Assembly: GCA_963776245.1 (NCBI GenBank) | Contig: CAVZLN010000008.1 | Coordinates: forward strand, 96,001-160,000 | Source of the DNA: Candidatus Eiseniibacteriota bacterium | GTDB lineage: Bacteria > Eisenbacteria > RBG-16-71-46 | DNA: 64,000 nt | Direction of reading: 5' to 3' | Position numbers and translations under genes: made by a program | Shown here: one piece after another, positions 58,395 to 64,000 of the stretch | Layout of the letters: every line of letters starts with the position of its first letter | Numbering within the stretch: the stretch's first letter is position 1 | The notes under the pieces: model-generated | Told to the model about the DNA's origin: nothing | What the model saw: only the letters and a program-made list of their open reading frames with translations | Databases searched by the model: none

Positions 58395-58451
58395 CCATCC
58401 CGCGGAGCCATCCCACGAGCCGGTTCGAATTCACGATGCTTGGGGACGCTA
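58395..58451 (+). repeat. Direct repeat copy 2 (tRNA-3'-like)
   Basis: CCATCCCGCGGAGCCATCCCACGAGCCGGTTCGAATTCACGATGCTTGGGGACGCTA. Confidence 0.8.
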
Positions 58452-58542
58452 CTCAGAATCGGAGCGAGAGAGACGCACGCGGACTGACAGGCACTTGCGG
58501 GCGCGAGTGGTCCCGCTCAGTCCCCTCGCTACCCCTCGATTC

Positions 58543-58590
58543 GCTGATCTCCTTGAGGATCTCGGCGTCCAGCGCGAGCTGCGCCACCGC
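58543..58590 (-). mobile_element. Possible IS3-family transposase OrfA remnant
   Basis: Translates AVAQLALDAEILKEIS, resembling the IS3 OrfA leucine-zipper end (VAxLxLDxxxLKE). Confidence 0.4.
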
Positions 58591-58732
58591 TGCCTCTCGC
58601 CTGGCATGACGACCGGCTCCGCAACGCAGGGAGCGACCATTCACTTCCAGAGCGCCAGGGCACTTCAGATTTCCCTCACGATCGCGCCGGAACTGCCGAA
58701 GACTGAGAACGGACCATGGACGCAAACGCCTT

Positions 58733-59476
58733 GTGACCTCACGCCGTCTCCACTCAGCCGCCACAATCGTGGCCTGCTGCCTCTTCGCCCTTCCGGCGAG
58801 TGCCGCGGCCTTGGATGCGGCCCTACCGAGCGACCCTTCGCCCACGCCCACGCCCGCGCCCAGCATCGAGTGGGGCGTGACGTACGCATCGAAGTACTTG
58901 TTCCAGGGCGGATTCGACTACAGCGAAGGCAGGCCGGTATTCCAACCCCAGGCGACGGCGGGTTGGAATGGACTTTCGTTGCAGGTCTGGAGCAACTGGG
59001 ATCAGGCACGCAGCGAGGTCAATGAGTTGGATGTGGCCATTCAGTTCGACTGGGAACGGAGCCGGGCCTCGGGCGCGGTTGGGATTGCACACCTCCAATA
59101 CCCCCACCGCGACTGGAGTCCGACGCAGGAACTGATCGGAACCTTGGGACTCAAGACATTTCTGGAGCCCACGCTCGACCTCCATTGGGATGTCGCGGAA
59201 GGGCAGGGAGGCTACTGGACAGCGGGACTGTCGCGCGGATGGCCGATGTCCCGGGCCGCATTCTCCGTGACGTCCAAGCTGTACGGCCTCGAGCACTACT
59301 ACGGCGTGTCCGGCATGACTGCGCTGGAGACTGGCGCGGCCGTGACTTCGCAATGGGCGGGTCGCTCATTCGAGGCTTCGCTGCAACGGCAATGGGCGAG
59401 GGAGAACCGAGATCTGATCGGAGAGAGTCGGATCTCTCCCGGCTGGCTGCTGGCAATCACGGTCGCGTCTCCTTAG
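58733..59476 (+). CDS. Putative outer-membrane beta-barrel protein (TorF/Gcw_chp-like)
   Basis: Signal peptide; SKYLFQG...PVFQP...WSN...ELD pattern; alternating amphipathic strands. Confidence 0.65.
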   Translation: MTSRRLHSAATIVACCLFALPASAAALDAALPSDPSPTPTPAPSIEWGVTYASKYLFQGGFDYSEGRPVFQPQATAGWNGLSLQVWSNWDQARSEVNELDVAIQFDWERSRASGAVGIAHLQYPHRDWSPTQELIGTLGLKTFLEPTLDLHWDVAEGQGGYWTAGLSRGWPMSRAAFSVTSKLYGLEHYYGVSGMTALETGAAVTSQWAGRSFEASLQRQWARENRDLIGESRISPGWLLAITVASP

Positions 59477-59538
59477 CGGGCGACTCCACGGCGAGGCGTC
59501 GTCGTCCTGGAGCCAACCGGGATCGGAGTACAAAGCGA

Positions 59539-60312
59539 ATGCCGGTGCCTCAGAGAGCGCACACACGTCTCGCAGGGCTCATCAGCCCATCGACGGGCGG
59601 GCTGGCACGGCCCGAGCACACGGCCCATCGCACGGCGCCTCTGCCGGGCTGGAAGCGCGAGACCGCTCCGCCGAAGTCGCGTGTGCGCCTGGTCACGGTT
59701 GCGGCGGTGGGCATTCTGCTGGTCGCGGTCATCGGCAATCTGCTGCTGAGCTTCGTGGCGAGCCATGGTGTGCACTTCGAGAGATCACGCCTGAAGGCGC
59801 GCGCCCAGGCGTTTGCGAACTCGCTGGATGTGAGCCAGATCCAGCTGTTGACCGGCCAGCCTGCGGACGAGAGCACCCCGGCCTTCAAGGCACTCGTGAC
59901 CCACTTGATCGAGATACGGAAGGCTCACCCCGAAGTGCGATTCAACTACCTGATGGGTTGGAATGGCAGCGCGGTCGTGTTCCTGCTCGATTCCACCGAC
60001 CCCGGCTCGAGCGACTACTCGCCTCCGGGGGAAGTGTACGAAGACGCGACGCCGGAGTTGGTACGCTCATTCACGACCGGCGAGCCCTTCGTCGAGGGGC
60101 CCGTCTCCGACCGCTGGGGAACGTGGGTGTCGGGATTGGCGCCGGTCAGGGATCCGTCCAGCGGCCAAGTCATCGCGGTGATGGGCACGGATGTCGATGC
60201 GACCCGCTGGAGTGTGGCCCTCGGAGTATCCCGCGTGCTCGTATACCTGATCATCGGACTGCTGCTATGGGTTGTCGTGTTCTTCGCGAGGCGTGTACAC
60301 GAGCTACAGTAA
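59539..60312 (+). CDS. Two-TM protein with Cache-like extracytoplasmic sensor domain and no output domain
   Basis: TM; YLM...VFLLDS...YSPPGEVY...GPVSDRWGTWVSGLAPV...VMGTDV; TM; stop 7 residues later. Confidence 0.75.
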   Translation: MPVPQRAHTRLAGLISPSTGGLARPEHTAHRTAPLPGWKRETAPPKSRVRLVTVAAVGILLVAVIGNLLLSFVASHGVHFERSRLKARAQAFANSLDVSQIQLLTGQPADESTPAFKALVTHLIEIRKAHPEVRFNYLMGWNGSAVVFLLDSTDPGSSDYSPPGEVYEDATPELVRSFTTGEPFVEGPVSDRWGTWVSGLAPVRDPSSGQVIAVMGTDVDATRWSVALGVSRVLVYLIIGLLLWVVVFFARRVHELQ

Positions 60313-60396
60313 GGTGAGATCCCGTTGCAGCGCTGGCGATCGCAAGCGAGCCGTGGCCATCTTGGGGCTGGTCCCTCCGTCCACTACCATGCACCC

Positions 60397-61614
60397 GTGA
60401 CCGAATCGAGCCTCCATCCTTGGGATCGCGCCGCCCCCGAGCGGACCGGAAAGCCCTCGGCCTACGCGCTGCTGCCCGAGGACTTCGCGGCCCTGGCCGC
60501 GCCGGGGCGGGCCGAGCACCTCTTCGCTCAGTGCCAGCATCCCTGGGCCTGGGTCGACGACCGGCCTCGACTGAGTCGAGTGATCCGCGAATGGATGACC
60601 CAGAACCTGGACATGACGCTCCCGGAGATCCTGGAGCGCAACGTCTCCGAGGATGGCAGCACGAAGCTGGTGTTGGGCCTCTCGGACGGCGAGCGCATCG
60701 AGGCCGTGCACATGCCCAGCGAGTTCCGCGATCCACGGCTGACCCTCTGCCTCAGCAGCCAGGTGGGTTGTGCCATGGGCTGCACCTTCTGCGCCACCGG
60801 CGCCATGGGCATCAAGCGCAATCTGACGGCAGGAGAGATCGTCGGCCAGGTGCTGGTCCTGCTTCGGGCGTTGGGATCCGAGAGGACGCAGCGGATCACG
60901 CTCCTCTTCATGGGAATGGGCGAACCGCTGCACAACCTGGAACATGTGCATCGGGCCATTCGCGTCTTCAACCACAAACAGGGCCTCAATATCAGCGCCC
61001 GGCGGATCACGGTCTCCACCTCGGGCCTGGTCAACGGCATCGAGCGACTCGCAAGACTCTCACCGAGGCCCTGGCTGGCCCTCTCCCTCAACGCCACCAC
61101 CGACGCGGCCCGCAATGCCGTGATGCCGGTCAACCGGGTGTGGAACCTGGCGCGTCTGCGGCAGGCTCTGGCGGCATGGCCCCTGGGCGCCAGGGAGAGG
61201 CTGACCCTCGAGTACGTGCTGATGGCGGGCGTCAACGACACGGTGGAGGATGCCGACCGCCTCGGCGAGTGGATGGGCACTCTGCGCGAACGCCACAATC
61301 TCAACCTCATCCGCATGAACGAGCATGCCGCATCGGCTTTCAAGGAACCCGATGAAGGCCGACTCGAGGCCTTCGTGGACCGCTTGAAAGCGCGGGGCTG
61401 CTTCGTCACCGTCCGCAAGAGCCGCGGGCGTGATGTGCAAGGGGCCTGCGGTCAGTTGGTGCGGACTGGACTCCCGCCGGGGCTGAGGTTCCTCGCCAGG
61501 CAGGGTGGACGGTGGCGCGGGAACTCTCCCGGTGGCCAGGCGGCGTGCTCAGGCGCCTTTGTTCCTGTCGTCCCAGTGAACCGCGCCGGGACTCCCGGAG
61601 GCTCCAATCCCTGA
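60397..61614 (+). CDS. rlmN: RlmN-like radical SAM RNA methyltransferase
   Basis: CLSSQVGCAMGCTFCATG, FMGMGEPL, ITVSTSG, EYVLM.GVND, GACGQL. Confidence 0.88.
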   Translation: MTESSLHPWDRAAPERTGKPSAYALLPEDFAALAAPGRAEHLFAQCQHPWAWVDDRPRLSRVIREWMTQNLDMTLPEILERNVSEDGSTKLVLGLSDGERIEAVHMPSEFRDPRLTLCLSSQVGCAMGCTFCATGAMGIKRNLTAGEIVGQVLVLLRALGSERTQRITLLFMGMGEPLHNLEHVHRAIRVFNHKQGLNISARRITVSTSGLVNGIERLARLSPRPWLALSLNATTDAARNAVMPVNRVWNLARLRQALAAWPLGARERLTLEYVLMAGVNDTVEDADRLGEWMGTLRERHNLNLIRMNEHAASAFKEPDEGRLEAFVDRLKARGCFVTVRKSRGRDVQGACGQLVRTGLPPGLRFLARQGGRWRGNSPGGQAACSGAFVPVVPVNRAGTPGGSNP

Positions 61615-62080
61615 CCCGCTTCCCGGGCGCTCAGGCAGGCACACCGATCGCCAGACGCAGTCCCTCTAGCTCCCGCAACCACCCCATCCGCCAGCTCGTG
61701 GATTTCGCCTGCACCACCTCGGATGGGATCCATGGGACCTCCTCCTGACTCCACGTGGGTCGGCAGCTGGAGTCCGCGCGCGGGCCTGCCGAGGGCGGAG
61801 ACGTGCCCCGGCGATCGCACCAGCACCCACGGGATTCCGACGCAATCTGCCCTGGACGAGGCCTTTCGCCACGCGCGCAGCACACCCGCGCAGCTTGCAG
61901 CCGTCCATTCCATCGCCCTCGCTCTTGGCATGGCTCTCGCTCCTGGAAGGGCCGGAAACGGCGCTGGATCACTCCCCGGGTCCCGGGCGCGCGTTTCGAC
62001 ATGCAGCGCAGCGGCATCCGGTCGCCGGGCCCTCGTGGCCCCTCGGGCCGCCCCAGCCGCGGCGCGCGGAGGTCGTGATC

Positions 62081-62810
62081 ATGGGGAGCCCCCGGAAGCC
62101 GTGGAGCAAGGCGAAGGTCCGTCGCGTCCTCGACGCGACACGCTGCAGGCGGGTACGTCGCCAACCGCTCGCGCCTGGGCTGGAGCGTGTGGTTGAGCGG
62201 TGACGGCGCCGGCCCCAGCCGGCGACGCTTCTTCATCCCGGAGAGGTCACTCGCCTCGCGCCATCCGCGCTGGCTCGGCCAGCGCCTCACCGCCGCCTAT
62301 CGACAGGCACTCGACGGCCTCGAGGGCGTGCAGATGATCAGCGGCACCGAGGCGCGTGAACTGCTTCGCTGGTGCACACGATGGAGCCGGAGGCGACACC
62401 GCCTGACTCCGAGCGAGCGCGCCCGAGTGGCGATATACCGACGCTGGTACAAAGCGCACTTCAGCGTCCCCGAGACCGTGCAGGGCGGCGGCTACACCGC
62501 CGAGCGCTCGTGCCGAGGATGGGTCGTCCGCATCAACTCGTACTCGGGTCATCTGCGCGGCCACTATCTGGTCCCGTTTCGCGCCCTGCGCTCGCACGGC
62601 AGGGACTGGTCGGGCGAGCCCCTCGTCGCCGCGATCGAGCGGGTGCTGAACGGCATCGAAGGGGCGGTGCGCACTGACGACCTCAAGGGCTTCAGCCCGA
62701 CGGGGTGGCCCATCACCCAGCGGGCACGCGCACGCGGACGCGCTCCGACACGGTTGCGCCTCCGATCCCCCATGGCTGGCGAGATCTGGACCAAGCGGAA
62801 GGCCAGCTAG
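62081..62810 (+). CDS. Hypothetical Arg-rich protein, probably frameshifted near 62185
   Basis: GGAGG RBS before ATG 62081; continues in ORF 62187..62810; no recognisable motif. Confidence 0.4.
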
Positions 62811-62937
62811 CAGCCGTCTCGGGACTCGGCCGCCAGCAGGTTGCCGATCAGCGGGCGAGGCGGGCAGCCTGGCCCCCCCGCGCCTCGTGGAGCCGGAGTT
62901 TGGTCCCGTCCGTGCACTCGCCTAGACTCTCGCGTCC

Positions 62938-64000
62938 ATGACTCGATTCACTCCCGGCAAGAAGCTCGGTCCCTACGAAGTCGTCGCCTCCCTCGGTGCT
63001 GGAGGGATGGGCGAAGTGTACCGGGCTCGCGACCCGCGCCTCGGCCGCGAGGTGGCGATCAAGGTGCTGCCCCAGCGCCTTTCCTCCTCGCCGGATTTCC
63101 GCGCCCGCTTCGAACGCGAGGCGCGTACGCTCTCGCGGCTCAATCATCCGCATATCTGCACGCTCCACGACGTCGGGCACGATTCCGGCATCGACTACCT
63201 GGTGATGGAGCTGATCGAGGGCGAGACGCTGGCCGCCCGCCTCGAGCACGGGCCGCTGCCGATCGACCGCCTGCTCGCGCTCGCGGCGCAGATCGCCGCG
63301 GCCCTGGTCGAGGCGCATCGCGCCGGGCTCGTGCACCGCGATCTCAAGCCTTCGAACCTGATGCTGACGGGTTCCGGGGTGAAGCTGCTCGACTTCGGCC
63401 TGGCGCGCCCGGCTGAGCCGCTCGCGGCCGCGGGCGGGGCGCCAAGCCAGGCGCCCACGGTGCATCAGCCGCTGACGACCGCGGGCGCGATCGTCGGCAC
63501 GTTCCAGTACATGGCGCCCGAACAGATCGAGGGCCGGGAGGCCGACGCGCGCACGGACGTGTTCGCGCTCGGTTGCGTCCTCTACGAGATGGCGACCGGC
63601 AGCCGGCCGTTCTCAGGCGGCGACGGTGTCGCGATCCTCGCCTCTATGCTGCGCGACCGGCCGGAGCCGCTCACCGCGCGGAACAGCGCCATGCCGCACG
63701 GGCTGGAGCACATCGTGGCGCGCTGCCTCGAGCGCGATCCCGCCCGGCGCTACGGCACCGTGGCGGAATTCGCCGCCGACCTGGACCGGCTGCGGCGCTG
63801 GGCGCACGACGAGGGCCTGCCGGAGCTGGCCCGCATCTGCGACCGCATCCTGATGATGGAGGAGGGGCCGGATTCGTGGCAGGCGTTCCAACTGGCGCGC
63901 GAGATCGAGAAGCTCGCCCCCGGCGACCCGATGCTCGAACGGCTGCGGCCGGACTTCACGCTGCCGATCTCGGTCGTCACCGATCCGCCGGGAGCGTCGG
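62938..64000 (+). CDS. Hanks-type Ser/Thr protein kinase (runs off the window; absent from the ORF track)
   Basis: Own translation: MTRFTPGKKLGPYEVVASLGAGGMGEVY, VAIKVL, HRDLKPSN, DFGLA, GTFQYMAPEQ, DVFALG. Confidence 0.93.
   Translation, partial: MTRFTPGKKLGPYEVVASLGAGGMGEVYRARDPRLGREVAIKVLPQRLSSSPDFRARFEREARTLSRLNHPHICTLHDVGHDSGIDYLVMELIEGETLAARLEHGPLPIDRLLALAAQIAAALVEAHRAGLVHRDLKPSNLMLTGSGVKLLDFGLARPAEPLAAAGGAPSQAPTVHQPLTTAGAIVGTFQYMAPEQIEGREADARTDVFALGCVLYEMATGSRPFSGGDGVAILASMLRDRPEPLTARNSAMPHGLEHIVARCLERDPARRYGTVAEFAADLDRLRRWAHDEGLPELARICDRILMMEEGPDSWQAFQLAREIEKLAPGDPMLERLRPDFTLPISVVTDPPGAS

Noticed and set aside
57229..58451. CRISPR array or canonical integron attC sites
   Set aside because: Only two or three degenerate copies with gene-sized spacing, no cas or intI gene, and no proper RYYYAAC...GTTRRRY boxes.
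60740..60930. Cfr resistance methyltransferase
   Set aside because: The motifs SSQVGC and MGMGEP are RlmN-type rather than Cfr-type (SSQCGC, MGMGEA).

Overview
Very GC-rich bacterial chromosome segment. The FlgD-type C-terminal tags and gene content are suggestive of Ca. Eisenbacteria or a related FCB-like lineage; this is an inference. Most of the window is housekeeping and metabolism: a sigma54 two-component pair with an IPTL-CTERM-like exported protein, speA, two OPT transporters, many peptidases (M3, S9, M24, M1, S8 and a TPR-HExxH protein), a degenerate PilB-like gene with pilT and pilU, the glyoxylate operon aceB-aceA-ppsR with a divergent RamB/ScfR regulator, msrA, argJ, an EmrAB-TolC-type pump, pckG, a DRG-like GTPase and malQ. 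After about 57.1 kb there is a less GC-rich accessory stretch with three tRNA-Glu-3'-like repeats, an IS3-like scrap, an rlmN-like gene and a Ser/Thr kinase. Many genes carry single-base frameshifts, probably long-read indel errors. The best lead is an exported thioredoxin-TPR protein (39059-40459, minus strand) whose two predicted ORFs are joined in frame by a TGA at the first position of a W-U-H-S-C redox motif, followed by a SECIS-like hairpin, making it a candidate selenoprotein.
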